Positions 30,191 through 41,473 are shown, counted from the whole stretch's first letter. The stretch: 60,350 nucleotides of DNA, filler included, from 4 parts of 4 records of this genome joined end to end with filler, not necessarily neighbours in it, one strand, 5' to 3'. The notes: a model not told the origin generated them from the sequence alone. Made by a program: numbers and translations.

Positions 30191-30616
30191 CAACCTAGAA
30201 ATAAATCCACATCGTTTACTGCTGTAGTTTACGTTTTCCGATCACCATACAGTAATAACTTTTTGTTGTGAATTGCAAATTAACATGACCGCACTTAAAG
30301 GCCGGGACAATTGCTTACGGTTTTCCAGGAGGTTTCTAAAGGACTGCAAATGGCGAGCCATCGTCATGATGAAGTTTGACAACGACAAGTATTTTGGGTC
30401 ACTAATTTCCCTGAGACGCAACCTAATAAATCGTACAAGTTACATAATGAGGGGTAGCTTGACATTCGTGATATTCAGGCATTACAAGACAACCGGAGCA
30501 ATTATTTGATATGGCAGAGCTTTCAGCCAGCCCCCTCTTTATCTTCAGCAACTGTGACAAAGACCAAGTTTAGTTGACGCTCACACGATAAATATTTTTC
30601 AGTATATGGTTAAACG

Positions 30617-31543
30617 ATGCATACCGCCACAATAGCTATAATAACATGTAAAAGGGTAAAAGGATTGACTCGTTTACTAAATGCACTGGCTAAGCAAAAG
30701 TTAGAAGATTGGAGTCAAATTAAAATAATTGTAGTCGATAATGCAAACGATAGCCTTTCAAAAAATGCTGTATACAAATTTGCACGTTATTCAGAAATAG
30801 AGGTCGATTATTATGTTGAACCTACACCTGGAATTGTGGCTGCAAGAAACAAGTGCATAGAAATTTTTCTAAAATCAGATTCAGAAAATTTAATATTTAT
30901 AGATGATGATGAATGGCCAGAACGTGACAATTGGGTCTCAACGATGTTAAAAAGTCGCTATAAGCATTCCGCCGATATTGTGGCAGGTGACGTTTTGTCC
31001 GTCAAAGAAGATGGAACGCCCGACTGGGCACTAAAGGTCTTATATCATAGGAAATCGCTGAAGGAGGGTACATCTGTCAAAAATTTCTATACGGGAAATG
31101 TTTTAATTTCAAGAAATGTCTTAAAAAACATTACCCCTGCTTTCGATTCGCGATTTGCAGTTACCGGAGCTAGTGATTACCATTTTGCCCTTAAATGCTA
31201 CAAACAAAAATTTAGAGCGATATACACAAACGCTCCTGTAGTAGAGGAATTTCTCAAATCACGGGCAACTACCCGGTGGTTTATAATGAGGGGGTTTCGT
31301 TCAGGAATAGGTTATACACGTGCCCATATTTTTGAAGATGTTATTTTTATTGCAATATTGAAGTGTCTCACCATGAGCCTAGTAAGATTTTCTAGAGGTG
31401 TCGGGATTGGTATTTTTGGCATTTTCACCTTAAGCAAATATCGACAGGTGGACGGTCTCTTCCGAATTTCTTCAGCACTAGGGACAATCGCCGGTTTTTT
31501 TGGAATAAAATACAATGAATACAACACAATTCATGGTGCATGA
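30617..31543 (+). CDS. glycosyltransferase family 2
   Basis: IIVVDN, GIVAARN, FIDDDE. Confidence 0.9.
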   Translation: MHTATIAIITCKRVKGLTRLLNALAKQKLEDWSQIKIIVVDNANDSLSKNAVYKFARYSEIEVDYYVEPTPGIVAARNKCIEIFLKSDSENLIFIDDDEWPERDNWVSTMLKSRYKHSADIVAGDVLSVKEDGTPDWALKVLYHRKSLKEGTSVKNFYTGNVLISRNVLKNITPAFDSRFAVTGASDYHFALKCYKQKFRAIYTNAPVVEEFLKSRATTRWFIMRGFRSGIGYTRAHIFEDVIFIAILKCLTMSLVRFSRGVGIGIFGIFTLSKYRQVDGLFRISSALGTIAGFFGIKYNEYNTIHGA

Positions 31544-31574
31544 CCAATTTTAAGCCAAAATCATCCAGAGCTGA

Positions 31575-32117
31575 CTAACCCAATAGGAAACACTCGGACC
31601 CACTCTTATATCTTAATATTTTAGCAGGTACTCCACCAACAACGACATTACTTGGAAAGTTCTTATTAACAACAGCATTAGCTCCAATGGTTACGTTGTC
31701 GCCTATACTTATTTCACCAATTATCTTGGCACCTGATCCAACAAATATATTATTACCCAATACAGGACACCCACGTTTTGTTTCACCAATAACAACACCG
31801 CTTTCTAGTATTATATTTTTTCCACCCCTGACGCGTTTGTTAATTACAATTCCGACACTATGCAGAATAACAAATCCGGTCTCAAATTTAGCCCCTTTAC
31901 CAATAACCGCTCCACAAAAAATAGCGTTAATTTTACACAAAATCATTGCTAAAGGTACAATGAGGGCATGTTGATTGCACCAAAACATTATCCGATAAAG
32001 CAACATGCATAATGATGCGTCACTAACTGATGCCCTAACTAACTTTGCAAGAGAGACTTCCCCATAAAGCCAAAAAGCTTTAACTTTTAGATCATGAATC
32101 AACAAATTATTTTCCAA
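31575..32117 (-). CDS. serine O-acetyltransferase-like hexapeptide acyltransferase
   Basis: PVLGNNIFVGSGAKIIG...IGANAVV...VVGGVPAK. Confidence 0.88.
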   Translation of the reverse strand: MENNLLIHDLKVKAFWLYGEVSLAKLVRASVSDASLCMLLYRIMFWCNQHALIVPLAMILCKINAIFCGAVIGKGAKFETGFVILHSVGIVINKRVRGGKNIILESGVVIGETKRGCPVLGNNIFVGSGAKIIGEISIGDNVTIGANAVVNKNFPSNVVVGGVPAKILRYKSGSECFLLG

Positions 32118-33279
32118 TTATTTCATCAAAGAATGTTTGCATCAAATTCTCTGCATTTTCTTTCCAAGAACTCATCAAAGGTGCTGCAGTACTTACTTGT
32201 TGGCCCTGTACACTACTTCTAAATGCAGTCACAAGAGAATCGATATCTTGTGGAGGAACCAGAACAAGACGGCCATTACCCGAGTCAAGTTCAGGTATCC
32301 CACCAACTGCAGTTGCTATAACATTTGTACCACAAGCAAATGCTTCCAGGATAACATTTGGTATCCCTTCCATGTAACTCGGAAGACATAAAAGAGAGGC
32401 AGCGTTCATCCAACGTGCAATGGTTCCAAGAGATTGACTCCCCAATAACTGTACTTTACCAAATAGGTGTAGTGAAACTATCATTTTTTCTGCGGTTACT
32501 GCATATCCACCTGACCCTATAATGACAAGACGCATTTTTTTATTAACGGCATCGGACGCGCTTTTAAAAGAAGCGATTAGCTCATACAGCCCCTTTTCTT
32601 TTTTTAAATTACCTACATAAAGCACAAGAAACTCGTCTGGGTCTATTTTCAGCTGACGACGTATAACTTGCCTGTCCATAGGGTAAAAAAGAGAGCTATC
32701 AACTCCATTATAGTGCACTTCCAACTTTGAGTCAGGAACACCCAAGTCTATAAGCCTATCTTTCAATGCTTTACTGACGCATACCAGTTTTTCTGCATGA
32801 TTGGCTACCTCTAGAGAACTATTAGAAATTGCAGTTCCAGGTACCAATCTATTTACGTCTGAACCATGCACTTTGACAAAAAGAGGCAGGCCATATCGTT
32901 CAGCTAGAATTGCAGCAGCATATGAATCAGGATAAAGCCATGAAGAATAAATGAGGTCAAATTTATTTTGTTCAAGCAACGATAATGCAACGTTCTTGAT
33001 GGAATAATAAAAGAACTTGCCGTATAAACTCCGCATTATATATGGTGTATAATAATAGGTTGGATGGTGAACGGTTACAGCTTTATCCAACCTAACCCTC
33101 TGCTTTAAATTCTTTTTTAAAAAAACCGTCCACGGAATAGGAGATAGCACTTCGACATTACAATATTCGCTCAACGCCTGAACCTGTTGACGATTAAAAG
33201 TTGCCATATTAGGGAACAGAGGATTAGGATAAAGATTTGATATAAAAAGGATTCGTTTAGCCAAAATCACCTCTTGCAT
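32107..33279 (-). CDS. glycosyltransferase family 4
   Basis: HGSDV, VGNLKKEKG, PSYMEGIPNVILEA. Confidence 0.92.
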   Translation of the reverse strand: MQEVILAKRILFISNLYPNPLFPNMATFNRQQVQALSEYCNVEVLSPIPWTVFLKKNLKQRVRLDKAVTVHHPTYYYTPYIMRSLYGKFFYYSIKNVALSLLEQNKFDLIYSSWLYPDSYAAAILAERYGLPLFVKVHGSDVNRLVPGTAISNSSLEVANHAEKLVCVSKALKDRLIDLGVPDSKLEVHYNGVDSSLFYPMDRQVIRRQLKIDPDEFLVLYVGNLKKEKGLYELIASFKSASDAVNKKMRLVIIGSGGYAVTAEKMIVSLHLFGKVQLLGSQSLGTIARWMNAASLLCLPSYMEGIPNVILEAFACGTNVIATAVGGIPELDSGNGRLVLVPPQDIDSLVTAFRSSVQGQQVSTAAPLMSSWKENAENLMQTFFDEIIGK

Positions 33280-34343
33280 ATTACGGAACGATATAGTTCT
33301 TCATACTGCCTCGCAGTTTTATCGAGGCTAAATTTATCAATCACTCTCCTGCGGCCTTTATTGCCCATTTGCCTACGACGCTTTACATCATTTATTAAAA
33401 GCAAAAGCTTATCAGCCATCGCCTCCGGATCTTTTTGTGAAACTAAGTAGCCGGTTTCTCCATCGACGACTACTTCTGGATTCCCACCCACATTAGTTGC
33501 AACGACCGGCAACCCTGTTGCCATAGCTTCCAACAGCGTCAGAGATATACCTTCCGTAGTTGAACTAAGTACGAAGAGATCAAGCTGGCGAAACAGTTCC
33601 GGTACATCGTGGCGCATACCAAAAAATGACACATTTGAATCAATACCATATGTCTCCACTGTCTTTTCTAATGTTTTCCTAAGCGGCCCATCACCAATAA
33701 TATTAAGTTGAAAACAATTTGATTTGGTGGCCAGCAAGCGACATGCACTTAATAGTGTATGGTGATCTTTTTCTGGAGAAAGACGCGCTACTATACCTAT
33801 ATGCACAACGCACCTTACTTCACCTTTGCTTTCTACTGGATGAAACTTTATGGTATCTACACCATTCAGGATGACTTCAACTTTTGACGGAGTAATATTC
33901 TCCACTTCTAAACTGACTTCTGCTGCATTTTTAGAAACTGCGATTATTTTGTTAGTTAAGAAAGAAGATATACGGTTAAGCAGCACCTTTTTCCTATCTG
34001 CAGGGTAATTCCTTCCATGCTTAGTATGGACCACTGGAGTCCTTGTCACTAATCCGGTTAACGCTCCGTAAAAATGGGGGCCTGGATTATGGGTATGGAT
34101 GACATCTATATCAAATTGCCTTGTTAGAGAAACTAACCTCAGCAGTATTTTTAGACTAATACCCGGCTCCTTGTTCATCTCAAATATATCAACATTGTCA
34201 CACAGGTCTCCAAGTTCACCTTTGGCCTCTAAACAAACTATAGAAGGTTTGATATCATGTGGATAATTAGCAATAAGATCAAAAACAAACTTTTCCAATC
34301 CACCAACTTGTAATCCAAGTACTATGTGTAAGACTTTAATCAC
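33267..34343 (-). CDS. glycosyltransferase family 4
   Basis: GGLE, HTKHG, ARLSPEKD, SSTTEGISLTLLEAMA. Confidence 0.92.
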   Translation of the reverse strand: MIKVLHIVLGLQVGGLEKFVFDLIANYPHDIKPSIVCLEAKGELGDLCDNVDIFEMNKEPGISLKILLRLVSLTRQFDIDVIHTHNPGPHFYGALTGLVTRTPVVHTKHGRNYPADRKKVLLNRISSFLTNKIIAVSKNAAEVSLEVENITPSKVEVILNGVDTIKFHPVESKGEVRCVVHIGIVARLSPEKDHHTLLSACRLLATKSNCFQLNIIGDGPLRKTLEKTVETYGIDSNVSFFGMRHDVPELFRQLDLFVLSSTTEGISLTLLEAMATGLPVVATNVGGNPEVVVDGETGYLVSQKDPEAMADKLLLLINDVKRRRQMGNKGRRRVIDKFSLDKTARQYEELYRSVICKR

Positions 34344-35706
34344 TTTGCATTCCGATCAGCTTTGAAATAGTAACCCTGTATTTCCCTGTTGCTGTCAGGG
34401 GAATGTCAGAAACAATTTCATACTTTACAATCATTGCCTCCCCTACTATTTTCCTAACTTCATGGTCAATCTTTGCTTTTGTACCTACACCCAACTCAGT
34501 AGCAGGAACAAGCTTTATAACCAAATAATCCAGTTTTTCTTGTACAACCTGAAAACGGGCAACATCGAAAAAATCCTTCATAAGATGAGGGAAAAACTCA
34601 CCTGGTATAATTTTACCTTCCGGCGTTTTGATCACATCTAGTGTTCGTCCGACAACATCAGCAATTAATGGCAAGCCTCTTCCACATGAACAGGTTTGTG
34701 ATGTTGCAACCCCAAGATCACCAATTTCATAGCGAATAAAGGGCATACCAAAATTGTGAAGATCGGTGACTACAATCTTACCTGTTTCGCCATCTTTAGC
34801 GTGTGTGCCATCATCCTTTATTATCTCAACGATAAGATTTTCAGCACTAACGTGCAGGCCTTCATGCTTTTCACATTCAGCAGCTATCAACATAAATTCT
34901 CGAGAACCATAAGTGTTAAACACCTTGGCACCAAACACCCTTTCGATAACTTCTCTCTGATATGAATGGACTTTTTCCGCAGCACAAATAACGCCTTGAG
35001 GAGCAAATTTTATTTTTGAATTCTCACCGATAAACAGTGCCAGGTTATACAGTGGATTTGTGTACCCGACAATTGCTACAGGCTTGAATCGATTCAATTC
35101 CGCGAGACAAGCAGCCATTGCCTTTTCATCAAAATCAAAACAATTGAAATAGAGTTGGCGGTCTATATAATGATGCAATCGCTCTTTAATCTGCTTCAGG
35201 CGACCTACTTCACCAAGCTGAATTCCCCAGATATACGCCTGCTTCACACCAGGCAGTGCACCAGCCCAGGCATAGCCACGTTTTGAAAGAGCTACCCGCC
35301 ATTCATAACTTTCCTTTGTGTATGCAAAATGCAGAGGTTTCCCCGTGGACCCACCAGTTGATTTCTTCCAAATTGTTTTTTTGTGCTTAGTTGAAATAAT
35401 TTCTGCGAAGTTTTTTCTAATAATGTCTTTAGTCAGAATCGGCAGCTTTGACAAATCACCTATATTTGAAATGTTCCCGGGAACAACACCTCTTTCCTCC
35501 ATGACGTTTTGATAATATGGGCAACAATGCCCAGCATGTGTAATTAGTTCACGGAGCGAAGCTGACTGATTGCTAAACGTTTCATCAAAAGAAGACCATT
35601 GAGACTCTATACAATTAAAATAATACTTAGCAGTTTTTCTATCCTTCAACAATGATTCAAAAAAAGGGAAATAAAATCTTTCATAACATTTCTGATAAAG
35701 CTTCAT
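34336..35706 (-). CDS. CapK-like / phenylacetate-CoA ligase family adenylating enzyme
   Basis: STGGSTGKP P-loop, YGSRE, MPFIRYEIGD, CSCGRGLP, TGKYR. Confidence 0.88.
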   Translation of the reverse strand: MKLYQKCYERFYFPFFESLLKDRKTAKYYFNCIESQWSSFDETFSNQSASLRELITHAGHCCPYYQNVMEERGVVPGNISNIGDLSKLPILTKDIIRKNFAEIISTKHKKTIWKKSTGGSTGKPLHFAYTKESYEWRVALSKRGYAWAGALPGVKQAYIWGIQLGEVGRLKQIKERLHHYIDRQLYFNCFDFDEKAMAACLAELNRFKPVAIVGYTNPLYNLALFIGENSKIKFAPQGVICAAEKVHSYQREVIERVFGAKVFNTYGSREFMLIAAECEKHEGLHVSAENLIVEIIKDDGTHAKDGETGKIVVTDLHNFGMPFIRYEIGDLGVATSQTCSCGRGLPLIADVVGRTLDVIKTPEGKIIPGEFFPHLMKDFFDVARFQVVQEKLDYLVIKLVPATELGVGTKAKIDHEVRKIVGEAMIVKYEIVSDIPLTATGKYRVTISKLIGMQSD

Positions 35707-35902
35707 AAGAATAACCTTATTCCGGCTCAAGGAATCAATTATCAAACCAAATTGTTCTATTTTTTAATATGAATAACAAATTTTTCGCAAATCTCAAAAG
35801 TGACTTGTCCGACTTAACCAATTAATATTAAAATACATATTTCACAAAGGCATATTTCAATACTTTTTATGATCATTTTTTAATGTTAGTCTTTCGAATT
35901 AC

Positions 35903-37324
35903 TCAGTGTTTTGGTTTCATAATCGAATAGAATGAATATATTTCGTTTCTGCCGACAAAGAAAAAAACAACAGCAAAAGAGAGCGCTCCTGAAATTATTG
36001 AAATTATTGGCCCAAATATGGATACAAAATATACCACTATTACCATGGCACCAAGCGGAAAGAGCAAAATTTTAATAGTTTTCACTACACCAGAAAGACA
36101 AAAATATTTTACGGATACCCCCGAAAGTATAGCAAAACCAACGAATTCAGTCATAAACGTAGCAAAGGCTGCTCCTCGGATCCCATACACGGGAGTTAAT
36201 ACAAAATTTGCAATGGCATTTACGAGAAGCAAGCCCACCATAATTTTAATAACAAGGCCCTGTAACTTGATAGCTCCAAGTGCATAATTCATTTGCAAGG
36301 AAAGAAACATGAAAGGCATAGAGGCTATCAATATTTTAAAAATAATGGCAGATGACGCATACCCATCACCATAAATCATTCCAATGATATCACCTGCAAG
36401 CATCCATCCACCGACTGCAATTGGTATTGAAACAACCAATATTCCACTGAAAGTGGTCGACAATACGTTGCTAGCCTCTGACTTATTGCTCCAATATAGT
36501 TGAGCAATTGCAGGAAAACTTGCAGTTGCCACCGCATCAGCGACAAAGCTAAGCCTATAAAACAAATTTGCACTGGCATTGTAAATACCAACAGCTTGCA
36601 TATCAAGTAACTTGGATATAATGAGTACATCAACGTGCGTATACATGGTTGTAGCCATGCCAAGCACCATAAAACTCAGCCCTTCTTTTATGTTGTGCCA
36701 TATAAAATTGTAATCAAATTGCAATTTAGGCCATGAAAATCGGTTGTTATATAAAAATACATTAAGGGAGAGCCCAAAAATAGCACCGAGTACATAAATC
36801 CAACTGACAGCGACCAATCTGTAACCAAAATAGAGTACTGCAATCGACGCGACCCCGGTAAAAATTCTAACAGCTACATCCCTTATAGCGACCTTGCCCA
36901 TTTCCTCGTGCGCCTGAAAGATATCACTCAAGATACGAGAGACCTGTTCGAACATAGCCGCCAAAGCGGCTATGGCCGCAATGGTGCAGGTTTTAGTGTC
37001 ATACTTTAAAAGAATTGCAGCAAGAGGAATGGCAGCGGTCATTAGAGCTATCAAGACAAAGCGGGCAGGAATTATTTTACCGAGATAGTCGTTACTCTTC
37101 TCTCTTTCTCTTGCTACCTCCCGGATGGTAAGTGTCCGCAAACCCAAATGACCTAAGAATGAAAAAAAGACAGTGAAGGTAAAAGCCAGCGAAAACACAC
37201 CGTAGTCGGTTTTTCCTAATTTCCTTGCGATATAACCAACGACAATAATAGAAAGCAAGTTTACGACTACCTGCTGAAAGCCCAACATCATCGAATTTCT
37301 GGCAACTCTACGGATTCTCGACAA
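35903..37324 (-). CDS. wzx: Wzx-type flippase
   Basis: ARKLGKTDYGVFS, DVLIISKL...VGIYNAS, PVYGIRGAAFAT; about 12-14 TM segments. Confidence 0.88.
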   Translation of the reverse strand: MSRIRRVARNSMMLGFQQVVVNLLSIIVVGYIARKLGKTDYGVFSLAFTFTVFFSFLGHLGLRTLTIREVAREREKSNDYLGKIIPARFVLIALMTAAIPLAAILLKYDTKTCTIAAIAALAAMFEQVSRILSDIFQAHEEMGKVAIRDVAVRIFTGVASIAVLYFGYRLVAVSWIYVLGAIFGLSLNVFLYNNRFSWPKLQFDYNFIWHNIKEGLSFMVLGMATTMYTHVDVLIISKLLDMQAVGIYNASANLFYRLSFVADAVATASFPAIAQLYWSNKSEASNVLSTTFSGILVVSIPIAVGGWMLAGDIIGMIYGDGYASSAIIFKILIASMPFMFLSLQMNYALGAIKLQGLVIKIMVGLLLVNAIANFVLTPVYGIRGAAFATFMTEFVGFAILSGVSVKYFCLSGVVKTIKILLFPLGAMVIVVYFVSIFGPIISIISGALSFAVVFFFVGRNEIYSFYSIMKPKH

Positions 37325-37368
37325 TTTAAATTTCCTTTATATTTGCCAGCTAGCTACCCAAACAACCA

Positions 37369-38640
37369 TTACAAAAACACCTTAACAAAGGTGTAAACAC
37401 CAACAATTCCCACCACCATAAACTGGGCAATTTTATTCAATGTCCTAGCACTCGGCACGGCGACAACCTCACCAGATTCATAAAAATAAGTAAGCCTGAT
37501 CAGCAGAACTATCAACAGGTATGGCAGAAGCACATATGACCTGCTTAAAAAAAACATTGACGTCATGACAGCGGCCAAACTCGCTATTAAGGACGAGAGA
37601 AGAGCTATGTCTTCTAAAACAAGGTTATTACGATCCTCTCCCCAAACAAGTTGCTTTACCTTCTTCAGAGGTATCAAAAAAAGTCCGACAAAAAAATAGA
37701 GCCCAAATATACCTAGCTCTGCCATAACCAAAACAAACGAATTATGAGCGGTTAACTCATTAAAATCGGTAAACATACCCTTACCAACGCCAAAGAGAGG
37801 GCTTTGCTTAAACATCTGAAACCCTTCGTACCAAGCTTCAATTCTGCCATAAGCGGAACTTTCCCCGGCGGAAATGCTCCCCATCCTACTTGGCCCCAGA
37901 ATTAGCAAACATGCTCCCAAAACAGAACCAATCATCATGCCGAATTTGTTGCGAAATCGAACAACAAAATACACAAAAACTGCTACAAACAAGGATAGCA
38001 TGCCTCCTCGTGAATTTGTGTAAAATACACCTAATACCAGTAAGGCCATTGCCCCAACAGAAACAATCCTGCTTTGTTTAAACCGAGCAAATAAGAAAGG
38101 AATTGGTACAACAAACAACATGGCAAGATCATTTGGGTCCGAAAAAGGTCCTATCCATTTAATACGTATATTAGCAAGGCGTTGCCCATCAACCGAAAAA
38201 TATTGTTTCAGAGGCTCAACCCCAAAATGCGAGACCCCTTGCGTGTACTCAAGGTAACCTTCAACTGCAATAAAACAGGTACAAATAACAATGAGGTACA
38301 AAACAGAAACAACCTCCTTACGGGTGGTAACCGAAAAGGAAACCAAAAAATACCCCAACAAGATGGGCAAGAATTTTTCAAATGACGTGGTCAGACCTTC
38401 CAGGTAGAGATGGCTCGCGTGGGATAAGAGAATCGCCACCATAAAAGCGCACATAAATGTATCTGTTTCGCACCACTTAATTAGACCATTGATAAGTGCA
38501 AACATACAACTTAACAGTCCTAGGCAACCAACTATAAGTAACAGAGGAATGCCGTGCAATGCTGGCAGGAATTCAAATGGTCTAATGAAATACAAAGCAA
38601 GAAAAAGGCAGGTTAAAAAAAAATTCATTTTTTGATCCAT
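37369..38640 (-). CDS. Wzy polymerase / O-antigen ligase family protein
   Basis: GPFSDPNDLA, TNSRGG, SAYGRIEAW, PLFGVG, AHNSFVLVMAELG. Confidence 0.88.
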   Translation of the reverse strand: MDQKMNFFLTCLFLALYFIRPFEFLPALHGIPLLLIVGCLGLLSCMFALINGLIKWCETDTFMCAFMVAILLSHASHLYLEGLTTSFEKFLPILLGYFLVSFSVTTRKEVVSVLYLIVICTCFIAVEGYLEYTQGVSHFGVEPLKQYFSVDGQRLANIRIKWIGPFSDPNDLAMLFVVPIPFLFARFKQSRIVSVGAMALLVLGVFYTNSRGGMLSLFVAVFVYFVVRFRNKFGMMIGSVLGACLLILGPSRMGSISAGESSAYGRIEAWYEGFQMFKQSPLFGVGKGMFTDFNELTAHNSFVLVMAELGIFGLYFFVGLFLIPLKKVKQLVWGEDRNNLVLEDIALLSSLIASLAAVMTSMFFLSRSYVLLPYLLIVLLIRLTYFYESGEVVAVPSARTLNKIAQFMVVGIVGVYTFVKVFL

Positions 38641-38704
38641 TTTCGTTTATAGCCCACCAAGTAAGACTCGATTATCTTCAAAACCTGGTACCCTGCTTCC
38701 AGCA

Positions 38705-39802
38705 TCATGCACCCTGAACGAGGAGATGATTTCTCAAAATTGAAGAATAGGTCACATGCCCTTCCTCTGCAGCAAAAACAACATTGGACATTTCTCGGGC
38801 ACTCATATAGTGGAGAGCTATATTTCGTTCTTCTGTAATTTCTCCTAAATTTGAAAACAGTCGTTCAAACCCTCCGTCATCAAAAAGCATTTTCATAATC
38901 GCTTCTTGAGTTCCGTGTGTATAAAGCCGGACAAACGCAACGTCTTCAAGTCCAGTTATGCCTATATTTCTATTTAACCAATAATTAACTCTTGATTTAG
39001 ATGGTGGATTGTTGCCCAGTATGCCCCCATTTTCGATTTTCCAATTCAAAAGATTACCATTGCATCTCGGCCCAAGAGGCCCTTGAAGCATGAGCAGTCC
39101 TTCTTGTTTTTTCCCTACGACAACTTCCTGACCCCAGTTATGGGATTTGGGTTTATTGGGATCATCAATTGCACGATAAATACTGTTAACTTTCCTGGTT
39201 TGAGTATTGCTGGGTGCCGAAGGCATAGTAAAATCTGCATAACAACCGGTTTCCTGCAAAATAGTTATTTCATCATTTACTCCGCACCACTTCCCGTCCG
39301 GCCTTGAATTATCCAAGGCCCAGTTTCCATGGATAAAACCGTAACTTATATTACCAGTCACCTTGTTCACCGGGAGCAGACCATGCACTTCATGCAATCG
39401 GTTTTTATAGTCAAGCAGCGTTTGCCGCAAATTTTGCGAAGTATCATTATGGTGATGAAGGTGCACCTCTACTTCTCCCCACCCTGCATGACAAAGATCT
39501 GATAAAATATCGAGATCATGTTTTTTATATTCTTCTTCAGGATAAAAAAAAGAATATTTCAAAATTTCACCATCAGCATCCTTGAATTTTCCGGCAATCT
39601 TAGGATATTCATTGACCCATTTGTCTAATCGCTGCCGGGCCTTCTTTTCTGAAGTATTTTTCCAGTACGGCTCAAAATGATCGCAGATACTAAAAAGAAG
39701 GTGTTTTACCTTTGGTTTCTTTACAAGGAGACTGAGTTCTCTCTGAAAATAATGCGGTAACCAATTACATGTACCTAAAATTTTAGAAATATTATTATTC
39801 AT
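38705..39802 (-). CDS. hypothetical protein, possibly a metal-dependent deacetylase-like fold
   Basis: CDHFEP, EVHLHH, FIHGNWAL, DFTMPS and YTHG motifs suggest metal binding; embedded in the operon with overlapping stop/start. Confidence 0.6.
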   Translation of the reverse strand: MNNNISKILGTCNWLPHYFQRELSLLVKKPKVKHLLFSICDHFEPYWKNTSEKKARQRLDKWVNEYPKIAGKFKDADGEILKYSFFYPEEEYKKHDLDILSDLCHAGWGEVEVHLHHHNDTSQNLRQTLLDYKNRLHEVHGLLPVNKVTGNISYGFIHGNWALDNSRPDGKWCGVNDEITILQETGCYADFTMPSAPSNTQTRKVNSIYRAIDDPNKPKSHNWGQEVVVGKKQEGLLMLQGPLGPRCNGNLLNWKIENGGILGNNPPSKSRVNYWLNRNIGITGLEDVAFVRLYTHGTQEAIMKMLFDDGGFERLFSNLGEITEERNIALHYMSAREMSNVVFAAEEGHVTYSSILRNHLLVQGA

Positions 39803-40626
39803 TGGGGCACATGTGAAAAGGTTGGGCGGCGGAACCAGCCGCCATGTTTTTTGAAATAATACAAAAGACCGACAAAATGGCTCCTTGAAACCTTAGAGAA
39901 GGGTTTTCGATGTGAAATTTGCTGGGTGTGGTGCAGAATACTAACTTGAGGGTAATATAGAATCTGTCGGCCAGAGTTGTTCACTCTAAGGCAATATTCT
40001 ACATCTTCAGGCGCATAAAAAATTTTCTCATCGAGTAATCCTACGGTATCCAACAATGTTTTTTTAAAAAACCAGCATGCCGAAATAGCAGTATCTACAG
40101 GGCGAGATTCATAAAACGGGAAGTTTTCGTAAAAATCTCTACTACTAACTTTTTTACCAACAAATATTCCCGGCATTTTCCTTATTTTATCCCAAAAAGT
40201 TGGAAATTTTTTCACAGAATTTTGAATTATATTCCCAGGCAAAATTAGCTGTGGGGCGACCATGCCAATCCTGTTATTTTGCAGTAAATCTATAATAGTT
40301 CGTATAGAGCCAAAATTAAATTCTGTGTCTGAATCCAAAACACAACAAGTTTTACCTCGAGCATTTTTCAAGCCTAAATTTCTTGGATATGTTGTCCCTT
40401 GATTTTTCTTTAGTGGAATTAAAGAGACTCGCTCAGGGTATTTTTCAATGTACCTTTCAACGACATCACAAGTTCCATCATTCGAGCCATTATCTACTAT
40501 AACGATTTCCCAACTTAATTTTTCTTTTACACATTGCTGTATAAAAGAATCAAAACAAGAAGAAAGGTATTTTTTAGAATTCCATGTCAGAATGACGAAC
40601 GAAAGATCAATCACTTTCATAGTCAC
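39799..40626 (-). CDS. glycosyltransferase family 2
   Basis: VILTWNS, IVDNGSND, LDSD, APEDVEYC. Confidence 0.9.
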   Translation of the reverse strand: MTMKVIDLSFVILTWNSKKYLSSCFDSFIQQCVKEKLSWEIVIVDNGSNDGTCDVVERYIEKYPERVSLIPLKKNQGTTYPRNLGLKNARGKTCCVLDSDTEFNFGSIRTIIDLLQNNRIGMVAPQLILPGNIIQNSVKKFPTFWDKIRKMPGIFVGKKVSSRDFYENFPFYESRPVDTAISACWFFKKTLLDTVGLLDEKIFYAPEDVEYCLRVNNSGRQILYYPQVSILHHTQQISHRKPFSKVSRSHFVGLLYYFKKHGGWFRRPTFSHVPQ

Positions 40627-41470
40627 GCCCCGGAGTGGAAAGTAATCGACTCACAATAATCAATAATAACAATCCAAAAGCAAATGTGAACAAACCTGAA
40701 AATTCGTGCAAAAAACCCTGAGCAGCCTGCTCACCATATTTAGACGCCAAAATAGCTGTAAGTGTTAAGCGAACAATATTAGCAAAAATAGCTATAGGTG
40801 CTGCAGACAAAAGAAGTATCCACTTTTTCCATGTTGCAAAAGTAGAAAACCAAGCAAGAGCAGTACTTAATGCAAACATGGTATTGAGTGAGCGCAGTCC
40901 TGAACAGGCATCGATTACTTCAAGTGTTGTTTGTGCAAGGTGGAGTACATTGCCCTCTCGAAATATTGGAATACCAAGCATTCGGACCACATTTTCTGTA
41001 CAGGCACTTGAAAAAAGCTGCAGAGGAAAAGCTATTTTGTTCCAAACAATAGCGGGCAAGGGCACCATGAAGATGAGGTATGCGATCGGCAAAAATAAAA
41101 GTTGGGTTACTTTAAAACCCCACAAAAAGATACTTAGCCCAAACAAAACGATTATCATGGAGGTGCGCTGCAAAAAAAACTCAGAGCCAACGCTGGCAAC
41201 ATACAATTGCCCAAGGCCAACAATGATTAACAAGAGGCCTATATTTGAGGGAATAACTGAAACACGGCTTACATTATGACGTATTCCATAAATCATATAT
41301 ATGCTTAATAAAGGAATAAAAAATCCATGGGAATAATTGTCATTTGTCTGCCAAACACCAACCATGTCAAGAATGACTTGAAAATAAAGGCCTATAAAGG
41401 CACCTAAAACGATTAATAAAAAAAGCAGCCCCGTATATGAAGCCTCTTCCGGATTTCTTATTGATTCCAT
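40607..41470 (-). CDS. exosortase (EpsH family)
   Basis: YSHGFFIP, REGNVL, ACSGLRSL (catalytic Cys), ANIVR (Arg), FLHEFSG (His). Confidence 0.95.
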   Translation of the reverse strand: MESIRNPEEASYTGLLFLLIVLGAFIGLYFQVILDMVGVWQTNDNYSHGFFIPLLSIYMIYGIRHNVSRVSVIPSNIGLLLIIVGLGQLYVASVGSEFFLQRTSMIIVLFGLSIFLWGFKVTQLLFLPIAYLIFMVPLPAIVWNKIAFPLQLFSSACTENVVRMLGIPIFREGNVLHLAQTTLEVIDACSGLRSLNTMFALSTALAWFSTFATWKKWILLLSAAPIAIFANIVRLTLTAILASKYGEQAAQGFLHEFSGLFTFAFGLLLLIIVSRLLSTPGRDYESD

Positions 41471-41473
41471 CGT

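Noticed and set aside
30273..30509. 78-aa ORF or possible IS remnant between the lyase-like gene and GT2
   Set aside because: TTG start, no RBS, no transposase motif or inverted repeats recognised.
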